A DNA stretch of 64,000 bases. It comes from an uncultured Gammaproteobacteria bacterium. GTDB taxonomy: Bacteria > Pseudomonadota > Gammaproteobacteria > UBA9214. The position numbers were made by a program, and so were the translations under genes. The stretch's first letter is position 1, and every line of letters begins with the position of its first letter. Below the pieces are notes generated by a model. That model did no database searches. It had not been told where the DNA came from and saw nothing but the letters and a program-made list of their open reading frames with translations. This document shows, piece after piece, positions 41,324 through 52,030 of this stretch. The stretch covers positions 118 through 64,117 of the forward strand of contig CAVYHX010000042.1 of the NCBI GenBank assembly GCA_963768415.1, given 5' to 3'.

Positions 41324-41532
41324 GTGATTACCGTCACGAATATGATTCAGCGTATAAAATATACTGTATCATAAAATGACAGTTAGCTGCTTGCCCGGGA
41401 TCGACAAAAGGTTTTGTTCTGTGTGGATTTTCCGCTAAACTCGCGCATAATACGAGCCTGCCGGCCTTACAGAATAAGCACATACCGCATACTGGACGGG
41501 TATCGACACAAACACGACGTAAAGGGACGCCT

Positions 41533-42564
41533 ATGTCAATCAAGAAACTGTTCGGAATGGTATTCGCGCTGCTGCTTGCAGGCTCAATCACGGCGGCGGA
41601 TGTGGCACTCAACCAGAACCACCCCGACCGCTATGTCGTGGTCAAGGGTGACACCCTGTGGGATATCTCCAGTATGTTTCTGCGCGATCCCTGGCTGTGG
41701 CCCGAGATCTGGTATGTCAATCCGCAGATCGCGAATCCGCACCTCATTTATCCCGGCGATATCCTGACCCTGGTTTATATCGACGGCAAGCCGCAGCTGC
41801 GTTTGCAGCGCGGCCATCCCACCGTCAGGCTCGCTCCCCGTGCACGCGTGGAAAGCCTGGATAGTGCAATCCCCACTATTCCGCTGGATGCCATCAAGCA
41901 ATTCCTGACCCGGCCACTGGTGGTCGGCGAGGACGAGCTGGAGACCGCACCCTATGTTGTCCAGAGCGCGGATGAACACGTCGTTACCGGTGCCGGTGAC
42001 CGCGTCTATGTACGCGGGATCGAGGGTACCGGTGAAGCCCTGTTTGATCTGTACGAACCGGGTGGCCCGTATATCGATCCAGACACCGGGGAAGTACTCG
42101 GCTACGAAGCCTTGTATATAGGCACTTCCGCTGTCCAGCGATTCGGGGATCCGGCCACACTGTTACTGACAGAAACCACCCGTGAAGCCCGTATTGGACA
42201 CCGGCTGCGCCCGGCGGACCGCACTGATCCGGTGGCGAATTTCCAGCCCCATGCACCGGCACCCGGCATTGAGGGTCACATTATCTCAGTCATCGATGGT
42301 GTGTCCCAGATTGGCCAGTTCAATGTCGTGGCCATCGATCTCGGCACCCGCGACGGGATGGAAGTCGGTCATGTCCTGCGCATTTTCCAGGCAGGCGAGG
42401 TAGTCCGCGATATCGTCAGTGACAAGCGCGGTGAAACCGTAAAATTGCCGGACGAGGATGCCGGCATGGTCATGATCTTCCGGACCTTCGAAAAAGTCAG
42501 CTTCGGGCTGGTGATGAAGGCCACCCGGGCAATTCACATACTCGATTACGTACGTACACCCTAG
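41533..42564 (+). CDS. LysM peptidoglycan-binding protein (TsaP-like)
   Basis: Signal peptide; YVVVKGDTLWDIS..FLRDPWLWPEIW..NPQIANPHLIYPGD; lies between def and dprA. Confidence 0.88.
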   Translation: MSIKKLFGMVFALLLAGSITAADVALNQNHPDRYVVVKGDTLWDISSMFLRDPWLWPEIWYVNPQIANPHLIYPGDILTLVYIDGKPQLRLQRGHPTVRLAPRARVESLDSAIPTIPLDAIKQFLTRPLVVGEDELETAPYVVQSADEHVVTGAGDRVYVRGIEGTGEALFDLYEPGGPYIDPDTGEVLGYEALYIGTSAVQRFGDPATLLLTETTREARIGHRLRPADRTDPVANFQPHAPAPGIEGHIISVIDGVSQIGQFNVVAIDLGTRDGMEVGHVLRIFQAGEVVRDIVSDKRGETVKLPDEDAGMVMIFRTFEKVSFGLVMKATRAIHILDYVRTP

Positions 42565-42648
42565 CAGAAAATTTTCAGCAGCCACCAGGGACGGTGACAA
42601 CATGAAATTACAGACAGGCTTCGTAAAAACCAGGGGTGTCTAGCCACG

Positions 42649-43779
42649 ATGGTGGCCACACCCGACCGAACAGCGAATACACTCACCGACTGGCTGACCC
42701 TCTACCATGCCCCGGGGGTCGGTGTCGCGTGTTTCCGCCAGCTGCTGGAGGCTTTCCCCGAACCGGCTGACGTCCTGCACGCCAGCCGCGACAGATTGCA
42801 GGCGCTTGGCCTGGCGACCCACACTATCGACGCCCTGCAGCATCCCGACCAGGCGGGTCTTGACCGTGATCTTGCGTGGCGCGAACAAACCGGCAACCGG
42901 ATCCTGACCTGCCGCGATCCTGCCTACCCGCCGCTGCTGCTGGAGATACCGGATCCACCCCCGTTGTTATACGTACACGGTAATGTCGAGGTGCTCGGCC
43001 TGCCGCAGCTGGCCATGGTCGGCAGCCGCAACCCCACGCCTTCAGGGATGCGTACCGCGACTGAATTTGCCCAGTACCTGTCAGCCGCGGGGCTGGTGAT
43101 CACCAGTGGACTGGCCCTTGGCATCGATGCCGCCAGCCATCAAGGGGCGCTCGACGCCGGCGGCCCCACTATTGCCGTGATGGGCACTGGTCTGGACCGG
43201 GTCTATCCGGCCAGGCACCGTGACCTGGCCCGCCGAATAGCTGCGGCAGGCGCACTGGTTTCCGAATTCCCCGTGGGCACAGCCCCCCGACCGGAAAATT
43301 TTCCGCGCCGCAACCGTATTCTCAGCGGCCTGAGCCTGGGCACCCTGGTCGTGGAAGCCGCACCGCGCTCGGGTTCACTGATCAGCGCCCGCTGTGCCGG
43401 CGACCAGGGCCGGGAAGTGTTCGCCATCCCCGGCTCGATTCACAACCCGCTGGCGCGCGGTTGTCATGCCTTGATCAGACAGGGCGCCAAGCTGGTCGAA
43501 ACCGCACAGGACGTGCTCGACGAACTCGGCGCGCTCGCCGCCGCCTGCACCGGCGCACGCCCGGATCCAGCGGCGCAGCAGACTCGGGAACAGTCCGGAC
43601 AACTGGCCCCTGAATATCTACAACTCATTGATTCTATTGGTTTTGAACCAACTTCTATCGATCACCTGGTAAATACAAGCGGATTGACGCCAGCCGAAGT
43701 TTCCTCCATGCTGCTGCTGCTGGAAATGCAGGGTTACATTGCCGCCAGTCCGGGAGGCATTTATAACCGATTGAAGTAA
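42649..43779 (+). CDS. dprA: DNA-processing protein A
   Basis: YPPLL.EIPDPP, AMVGSR, ITSGLALGIDAASH, NFPRRNRILSG, VVEAA.RSGSL, VFAIPGSI, LIRQGA. Confidence 0.96.
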   Translation: MVATPDRTANTLTDWLTLYHAPGVGVACFRQLLEAFPEPADVLHASRDRLQALGLATHTIDALQHPDQAGLDRDLAWREQTGNRILTCRDPAYPPLLLEIPDPPPLLYVHGNVEVLGLPQLAMVGSRNPTPSGMRTATEFAQYLSAAGLVITSGLALGIDAASHQGALDAGGPTIAVMGTGLDRVYPARHRDLARRIAAAGALVSEFPVGTAPRPENFPRRNRILSGLSLGTLVVEAAPRSGSLISARCAGDQGREVFAIPGSIHNPLARGCHALIRQGAKLVETAQDVLDELGALAAACTGARPDPAAQQTREQSGQLAPEYLQLIDSIGFEPTSIDHLVNTSGLTPAEVSSMLLLLEMQGYIAASPGGIYNRLK

Positions 43780-43790
43780 AAGGGTTAAAA

Positions 43791-44264
43791 ATGAAAGAAA
43801 ACGTCTTCGACGTATTGATGTATCTGTTTGAAAATTATTATATGGATGACAACGACGCAGCGGCGCTGGACCAGGAGTCGATGCGCCGGGATCTCTGGCA
43901 TGCCGGATTTCCGGCGCCTGAAGTCGACCGCGCCTTCCTGTGGCTGGAAGGCCTTGGCGACGAGATCAACGCGCCTTCCATGCAGGCGGAACGCTCGCTG
44001 CGGCTGTTTTCGGAGTCTGAAATGGCCCGGCTCGATACCGAGTGCCGTGGCTTCATCCTGTCACTCGAACAGATGGGTATCCTGACACCCGCCAGCCGTG
44101 AACTGGCCATCGACAGGGCCATGGCGCTGGATAGCGAAGACTTCGATATCGAGCAGCTGAAGTGGGTCATATTGATGGTGTTGTTCAACCAGCCCGGCCA
44201 GGAAGCGGCCTATGCCTGGATCGAGGAGCTGGTGTTTGACGATGTGGCCAACCACCTGCACTGA
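43791..44264 (+). CDS. smg: Protein Smg (DUF494)
   Basis: VFDVLMYLFENY, AGF, AFLWLEGL, ECRGF..SLEQ.GIL, LKWVILMVLFNQPG. Confidence 0.93.
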   Translation: MKENVFDVLMYLFENYYMDDNDAAALDQESMRRDLWHAGFPAPEVDRAFLWLEGLGDEINAPSMQAERSLRLFSESEMARLDTECRGFILSLEQMGILTPASRELAIDRAMALDSEDFDIEQLKWVILMVLFNQPGQEAAYAWIEELVFDDVANHLH

Positions 44265-44294
44265 GCCAGTCCGTCGAAAGAGCCCTGAATTCCC

Positions 44295-46601
44295 ATGAGC
44301 AAGAACCTGGTTATTGTCGAATCGCCCGCCAAATGTAAAACCATAAAAAAATATCTGGGCAAGGACTACGAGGTCATGGCGTCTTACGGCCATGTGCGCG
44401 ATCTCGTGCCCAAGGAGGGTGCTGTCGATCCGGGCGCCGACTTTGCCATGAAGTACCAGCTCATCGAGCGCAATTCCAAGCATGTGGACGCCATCGTCAA
44501 GGCGATGAAGAAGGCCGACGCCCTGTTCCTGGCGACTGACCCGGATCGCGAAGGCGAGGCGATTTCCTGGCACCTGTGTGAACTCCTGAAGGAACGCAAG
44601 GCACTCAAGGACAAACCCGTACACCGCGTGGTATTCAACGAAATTACCAAGCGTGCCATCAGTGAGGCCATTGAGCACTCGCGGGACCTTTCGACAGAGC
44701 TGATCAATGCCCAGCAGGCACGCCGCGCGCTCGACTACCTGGTGGGTTTCAACCTGTCCCCCCTGTTGTGGAAAAAGATACGCCGCGGACTGTCTGCGGG
44801 ACGCGTCCAGAGCCCGGCACTGCGCATGATCGTGGAACGCGAGATCGATATCGAGGCCTTCAAGCCGCGCGAATACTGGACGCTTGAAGGTGATCTCAGC
44901 AAGGACGGTCAGAATTTCGTTGCGCGCCTGACACACTTCGGTGACGACAAGCTGAAACAGTTTTCCATTACCAGGGAAGCCGCTGCCAGCAAGGCCAAAC
45001 AGGAACTGCTGAAGGCTGCCGGTGGCAAGCTTGTTGTCGACAACGTCGAAAAGAAACAGCGCAAGCGCAATCCGACCGCTCCGTTCACAACCTCCACCCT
45101 GCAACAGGAGGCCTCGCGCAAACTGGGTTTCACTGCCAGCCGCACCATGCGTGTCGCACAGCAGCTCTATGAAGGTATGGACATCGGCGGCGAAACGGTC
45201 GGCCTGATCACATACATGCGTACCGACTCGGTCAATCTGGCCCAGGAGGCAATCGACGAGCTGCGTGAGTTCATACCGGAGCGCTTCGGGGAAAATACCC
45301 TGCCGGACAAACCGCGGGTCTACAAGACCAAGGCCAAGAACGCCCAGGAAGCGCATGAGGCCATTCGACCTACCTCGGTGCGTCATACGCCCGAGGAAAT
45401 AAAAAAACATTTAAGCGCGGAACAACTCAAGCTCTATAGCCTCATCTGGAAGCGCACCATCGCCTGCCAGATGATTCACGCCACCATCAATACGGTCAGT
45501 ATCGATTTTGATTGCGGACCGGGTAATCGTTTCCGCGCCACCGGATCCACAGTAGTGGACCCCGGATTCATGGCCGTCTACCAGGAGAGCGTGGACGATA
45601 AAAAAGGCGACGCCGATGAAAGCCTGCTGCCGCCCCTGGAGAAGGGGGATAGCTGCACGCTGAACGATATTCGTGCAGACCAGCACTTTACCGAACCGCC
45701 GCCACGCTTCTCGGAGGCCAGCCTGGTCAAAACGCTGGAAGAGTACGGTATTGGCCGTCCATCGACCTATGCAGCGATCATCTCCACCCTGCAGGCGCGC
45801 GAATATGTAGAGCTGGAGAAGAAACGTTTCTATCCGACTGACGTTGGCCGTGTCGTGAGCAAATTTCTGACCGAGCACTTCACGCGCTATGTGGATTACG
45901 ATTTTACTGCCCGACTCGAGGATGAACTGGATGCGGTCGCGCGCGGGGAGAAGGACTGGATCCCGCTAATGAAAGACTTCTGGAAGCCCTTCAAGGATCT
46001 GGTGGATGACAAGGAAACCAGCGTCTCGCGCAGTGACGTAACCACCGAAGCCATGGATGAAGACTGTCCGAAATGCGGCAAGCAGCTGAATATACGCCTC
46101 GGGCGCCGCGGCCGCTTTATCGGGTGCAGTGGCTACCCCGAATGTGACTATACGCGTAACGTCGATGATGAACGCGGCAATGAGGAACCGGAAGTCGTCG
46201 AAGGCCGCTCCTGCCCGGAATGCAAATCCGATCTGATAATTCGCAGCGGTCGTTACGGGAAGTTTATTGGCTGCAGCAGCTATCCGGATTGCAAATACAT
46301 CGAGCCCCTGGAAAAACCCGAAGACTCCGGCGTGCAGTGCCCGGAATGCCGGAAGGGCAATATCCTGAAGCGCAAATCCCGGCGCGGCAAGATCTTTTAT
46401 TCCTGTGAACGCTATCCGGAATGCTCGTACGCAATCTGGAACCAGCCGCTGGCACTCTCGTGCCCGAAATGCCACTGGCCGATCACTGCTGTCAAGACTA
46501 CCAAGCGCTCCGGGACCCAGCGGGTGTGCCCGCAACAGGAATGCAAGTTCGTCGAACCCTGGGAAGAGACGGAAACCGTTAAAAAAGCCGCAGAGAACTG
46601 A
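44295..46601 (+). CDS. topA: DNA topoisomerase I
   Basis: LVIVESPAK, LATDPDREGEAI, SAGRVQS, GLITYMRTDS, AQEAHEAIRPT, GIGRPSTY, C-terminal C4 zinc ribbons. Confidence 0.98.
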   Translation: MSKNLVIVESPAKCKTIKKYLGKDYEVMASYGHVRDLVPKEGAVDPGADFAMKYQLIERNSKHVDAIVKAMKKADALFLATDPDREGEAISWHLCELLKERKALKDKPVHRVVFNEITKRAISEAIEHSRDLSTELINAQQARRALDYLVGFNLSPLLWKKIRRGLSAGRVQSPALRMIVEREIDIEAFKPREYWTLEGDLSKDGQNFVARLTHFGDDKLKQFSITREAAASKAKQELLKAAGGKLVVDNVEKKQRKRNPTAPFTTSTLQQEASRKLGFTASRTMRVAQQLYEGMDIGGETVGLITYMRTDSVNLAQEAIDELREFIPERFGENTLPDKPRVYKTKAKNAQEAHEAIRPTSVRHTPEEIKKHLSAEQLKLYSLIWKRTIACQMIHATINTVSIDFDCGPGNRFRATGSTVVDPGFMAVYQESVDDKKGDADESLLPPLEKGDSCTLNDIRADQHFTEPPPRFSEASLVKTLEEYGIGRPSTYAAIISTLQAREYVELEKKRFYPTDVGRVVSKFLTEHFTRYVDYDFTARLEDELDAVARGEKDWIPLMKDFWKPFKDLVDDKETSVSRSDVTTEAMDEDCPKCGKQLNIRLGRRGRFIGCSGYPECDYTRNVDDERGNEEPEVVEGRSCPECKSDLIIRSGRYGKFIGCSSYPDCKYIEPLEKPEDSGVQCPECRKGNILKRKSRRGKIFYSCERYPECSYAIWNQPLALSCPKCHWPITAVKTTKRSGTQRVCPQQECKFVEPWEETETVKKAAEN

Positions 46602-46767
46602 TTCGGCATTGCTGCACAGAGTTACAGCTAACGCATGGGGTATGGTCTTGCCGGGTGAGTTCGCCCTGCATCATTCAGGCCCGGGAAGCAATCTTGCCGT
46701 CGGGTCGGCAGCAGTAACCGGAAGCGTCGATGCCCTTGCGGTCAATTACCGAATCATCTGACTCAAC

Positions 46768-47322
46768 ATGAACTGGCATATTCGCGAAGCTGTCCGGCAC
46801 ATCGCCGCCGGTAATGTCATTGCCTATCCCACCGAAACGGTCTATGGACTGGGTTGTGATCCATTCAACGGGGGCGCTGTCCTGCGGGTGCTGGAACTGA
46901 AGCAACGCAGTATCGAGCAGGGCCTCATCCTGATCGCCAGTGACTTCTCCCGGCTGGAACCCCTGTTGTTACCGGTCGACAAGGCCGTAAAAAACCGCAT
47001 CATGAAATCGTGGCCCGGACCGGTTACCTGGATCCTGCCGTGCCGGCCGGAAACACCGGTCTGGCTGCGCGGAAGCCACACCGGACTGGCAGTACGCGTG
47101 ACCGGTGATCCGGTTGCGGCGGCACTTTGCACAGAGTGGGGCGGGCCACTGGTATCAACCAGCGCGAATATCCATGGAAAACATCCCGCAACCAGCACGC
47201 TGGCGCTACGCAAGGCATTTAACGGGCACCTGGATTACATACTGTCCGGCACCGCAAATTTATCCGGCAAACCCAGCGAGATTCGTGACGCGATTTCAGG
47301 CAGGATAGTACGCGGCTCCTGA
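46768..47322 (+). CDS. tsaC: L-threonylcarbamoyladenylate synthase
   Basis: IAYPTETVYGLGCDP, WPGPVT, LAVRV, PLVSTSAN. Confidence 0.93.
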   Translation: MNWHIREAVRHIAAGNVIAYPTETVYGLGCDPFNGGAVLRVLELKQRSIEQGLILIASDFSRLEPLLLPVDKAVKNRIMKSWPGPVTWILPCRPETPVWLRGSHTGLAVRVTGDPVAAALCTEWGGPLVSTSANIHGKHPATSTLALRKAFNGHLDYILSGTANLSGKPSEIRDAISGRIVRGS

Positions 47323-47464
47323 TACGCAATTGCCGGGACACATAGAAATCCATGGATCAAACCCGCCACCTGAGAAATACTGAATCATCGAACCTGCCGG
47401 TATTCGTGCATCGCGGTATTTTTCATTTTCGCTTCGGTCCTTGTTTCCGGCGTTCAACTCATAG

Positions 47465-48427
<963 letters not shown>

Positions 48428-48431
48428 CCGC

Positions 48432-48499
48432 CTGTAGGAGCGCTGCCCTTCAGCGCGATTGGCGAGAACCCTATCGCGGCCAGGGGGCCGCTCCTACAG
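48432..48499. repeat. GTAG-type REP doublet (family B, REPIN-like hairpin)
   Basis: CTGTAGGAGCGCTGCCCTTCAGCGCGAT ... ATCGCGGCCAGGGGGCCGCTCCTACAG, two inverted copies just after the hemF stop. Confidence 0.75.
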
Positions 48500-48553
48500 A
48501 TAGATTTCCCAACCCTGTAGATGTATTGGTTGGGCCACGAAGCGTGCAACGAC

Positions 48554-48897
48554 GGACAGGATGTCCGAGTGCCGTGGAGCACATGGATGTGCGTGAACGG
48601 CGGTACCTCCATCCCTGGAGGCACATCGCTTCCGGCTGTTTTTTACGGGCACAGCCCGGACCAGCTTCTCGACCCGGGCTATGCCCGTAGTAATGGCTCA
48701 CCTTCTCCCTGCCTCCCGCGACGCTGGACAGGACGTCCAAGTGCCGCGAAGCACATGGAGGTGCGAGAGCGGCCGTTCGTACGTCCCTTCCGGCGACGCT
48801 TCGGGATCCCAGGCATCCCTGCACGCTGCTAGGCACATTGTACAGACATCGCTCCCGGCATCCTGCCTCCCGCGATGTACCTCCATCCCTGGAGGCA
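48554..48897. repeat. Nested composite repeat built from GGA-loop hairpins
   Basis: Direct repeats 48554-48601 / 48726-48773 and 48603-48623 / 48877-48897; eight short hairpins with A(N)GGA loops on one strand or the other. Confidence 0.7.
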
Positions 48898-48923
48898 AAA
48901 AAAACCCCGCGTTTCGGCGGGGT
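48897..48923 (-). terminator. Intrinsic terminator on the minus strand
   Basis: ACCCCGC-CGAAAC-GCGGGGT stem-loop running into a T8 tract on the minus strand. Confidence 0.8.
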
Positions 48924-49028
48924 AAAAACGCTTTTCAGCGTCGGAGGAGCCCTTGATGCACAGTGCAATGACAACAAAAAACTTCTCTGAAATGGGTCCT
49001 GATCATCCCTGATCCCTGCCGGGCCCAT
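48897..49028 (-). ncRNA. Candidate small regulatory RNA (~130 nt)
   Basis: No credible CDS within ~560 bp upstream of a strong terminator; -10-like TACTGT at 49037-49032; GAUCAGGGAUGAUC hairpin, UUUUUUGUUGUCAU tract and CUCCUCC anti-SD motif. Confidence 0.45.
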
Positions 49029-49344
49029 ATCACAGTACTCTTGTTTGACGCACTGGTTGTAAAGGTTATCGGCTACCTGGATGGAAGCTTTAGGCATGCT
49101 CCGGGCCCTCCCGGGTACTGGCGGAAATTTTTCATAACATACTGTTATATTTGATTAATAATCAGACATGGGGGATCGGTTCGCCAGCATACACGCGTCC
49201 CGGCAGCGGGATTCGGGCCGTTGCTGTTGCGGCAACCCTGATAGCCCGGCATCTCGTGGAACGCGTGAGCGCGGCTAGCTGTAATACGATGCTGGCTGTG
49301 CGCAAGCTTGCCGTGCTGCGCATGCCTGTGATGGCAAGGGTGTT

Positions 49345-49443
49345 GGCCGAATGAATTCGGCCCTACAGTAGGGTCGAATTCATTCGACCAAATGGTATAC
49401 CACCGTCATTGAGTCAAACCTGTAGGGCCGAATTCATTTGGCC
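49345..49443. repeat. GTAG-type REP cluster (family C), three copies
   Basis: GTAGGG(C/T)CGAATTCATT(C/T)G(G/A)CC at 49345-49366 (-), 49368-49389 (+) and 49422-49443 (+). Confidence 0.8.
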
Positions 49444-49486
49444 AGCGGCGTTTGATCGTAATCACCAATATACCAATCCATGCCCG

Positions 49487-50068
49487 CTAGCCAACGGTAT
49501 CAAGATGCGTACTGCGCTGTTGGCCGCGATCACCATGCTGCAAGCGCCCGATGACCGCCGCTTCCGCCAGCAGATTCTGCAGTGCGCAGGGCCGTGCGGG
49601 TGTATCGGTCAGCCGCAGCGAGGCCAGACACTCGTGCTGGCGCACCAGCGCGAAGTACTCCGCGGGTTCCAGGTACGGCACGGCCTGTGAAAAACCTTGT
49701 GCCAGGCACTGCATGGCAGGGCGAAGCTTGCGGCTGATCAATAACTGCCCGTAGCAAAGCTGCAGTAATGCAGCATCCCGGTCAGTGCGCGCCAGTACGC
49801 CGAGCTGCACGTAGTCCAGGCGGGTCGATACGCCCATCCAGAAATGACAGATCAGCTGCAACAGATGCAACGGAAAACACGCGCCGCCGCTGAATCGGCG
49901 CGACTGCAGGGCGCGCTGCGCGCGGGCGCACAGGGCTTCTGCAGCCGGCTGCGCAACAGGATTGCCATACCATGCCGCCAGTGACGGTACCTGCGACTCC
50001 ACCAGCAAGGCGCGGACAGACCGCTCATCGGCGCATCTAACAGCTTGTTTATACTGGGCCAATAGCAT
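49487..50068 (-). CDS. Hypothetical protein
   Basis: 193-aa ORF with plausible helical composition (WYGNP, LLQLCYGQLLISRKL, YFALVRQHE, DTVG), divergent from hemB; no recognisable motif. Confidence 0.65.
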   Translation of the reverse strand: MLLAQYKQAVRCADERSVRALLVESQVPSLAAWYGNPVAQPAAEALCARAQRALQSRRFSGGACFPLHLLQLICHFWMGVSTRLDYVQLGVLARTDRDAALLQLCYGQLLISRKLRPAMQCLAQGFSQAVPYLEPAEYFALVRQHECLASLRLTDTPARPCALQNLLAEAAVIGRLQHGDRGQQRSTHLDTVG

Positions 50069-50154
50069 AATTCCAGCTTACACCTGCGGGAGTGGTAATG
50101 GTACCCGGAGGGCATTGTCCGGCGGGGACTGACCCCGTAGGCCGGTCACGTTAA

Positions 50155-51203
<1,049 letters not shown>

Positions 51204-51217
51204 CCCGGACTGATCAC

Positions 51218-52030
51218 ATGACTGACCACTATGCGGTCATGGGCAATCCCGTTGCCCACAGTAAATCACCGCAGATTCATACCCTGTTCGCGGCGCAGTC
51301 CGGTGCGGATCTGGACTATGTGGCCATTCGGGTGGAACCGGGGACATTCCCGCAAGCCGTTGCCGATTTCCATGCTGCCGGCGGCAAGGGTCTGAATATC
51401 ACCGTGCCGTTCAAGGAACAGGCCTGGTCGCTGGCTGGCAGGCGCAGTGCCCGTGCCGAACGTGCCGGTGCCGTGAATACGCTGGTGCTGGATGTTTCCG
51501 GGGTGCATTACGGCGATAACACCGATGGCGCCGGTCTGGTCCGGGACCTGACAGTAAACCATGACTGTCCGCTGGCACACCGGCGGGTATTGCTGATCGG
51601 TGCCGGTGGCGCTGCCCGCGGCGTCATCGAGCCGTTACTGACGGAACAGCCCGCCTTGCTGGTCATCGCCAATCGCACCCCCGGCAAGGCCATTGAGCTT
51701 GCCCGGTTATTTTGCGACCTTGGCCGGGTTGAAGGCTGTGGATTGCCCGATCTTGAAGGTCAGGCATTCGACGTTATCATCAATGCAACAGCCGCCAGTC
51801 TGGCCGGCCGGGTGCCGGAATTGCCCAATGCTGTCTGCGCTGGCAGCTGGTGCTATGACATGATGTACGCAAGCAAACCCACCGCCTTCATGGACTGGGC
51901 CAGTGCGCGCGGCGCACAGCAGTGCCTTGACGGTCTCGGTATGCTGGTGGAACAGGCGGCGGAATCGTTTTATCTGTGGCGCGGGGTACGGCCGGAAACG
52001 GGCCCTGTCATCGAGTTGCTCAGAATCTAG
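51218..52030 (+). CDS. aroE: Shikimate dehydrogenase
   Basis: GNPVAHSKSP.IH, NITVPFK, GAVNT, GDNTDG, GAGGAARG, ANRT, DGLGMLVEQAA. Confidence 0.96.
   Translation: MTDHYAVMGNPVAHSKSPQIHTLFAAQSGADLDYVAIRVEPGTFPQAVADFHAAGGKGLNITVPFKEQAWSLAGRRSARAERAGAVNTLVLDVSGVHYGDNTDGAGLVRDLTVNHDCPLAHRRVLLIGAGGAARGVIEPLLTEQPALLVIANRTPGKAIELARLFCDLGRVEGCGLPDLEGQAFDVIINATAASLAGRVPELPNAVCAGSWCYDMMYASKPTAFMDWASARGAQQCLDGLGMLVEQAAESFYLWRGVRPETGPVIELLRI

Noticed and set aside
46606-46733. Possible long imperfect hairpin or ncRNA between topA and tsaC (GGCAT..ATGCC, GTTAC..GTAAC)
   Set aside because: The pairing is short and interrupted, with no terminator or recognisable riboswitch motif, so I cannot distinguish it from chance
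48471-49097. 208-aa minus-strand ORF across the hemF downstream gap
   Set aside because: It runs through a terminator and several repeats, has atypical composition, and is most likely spurious
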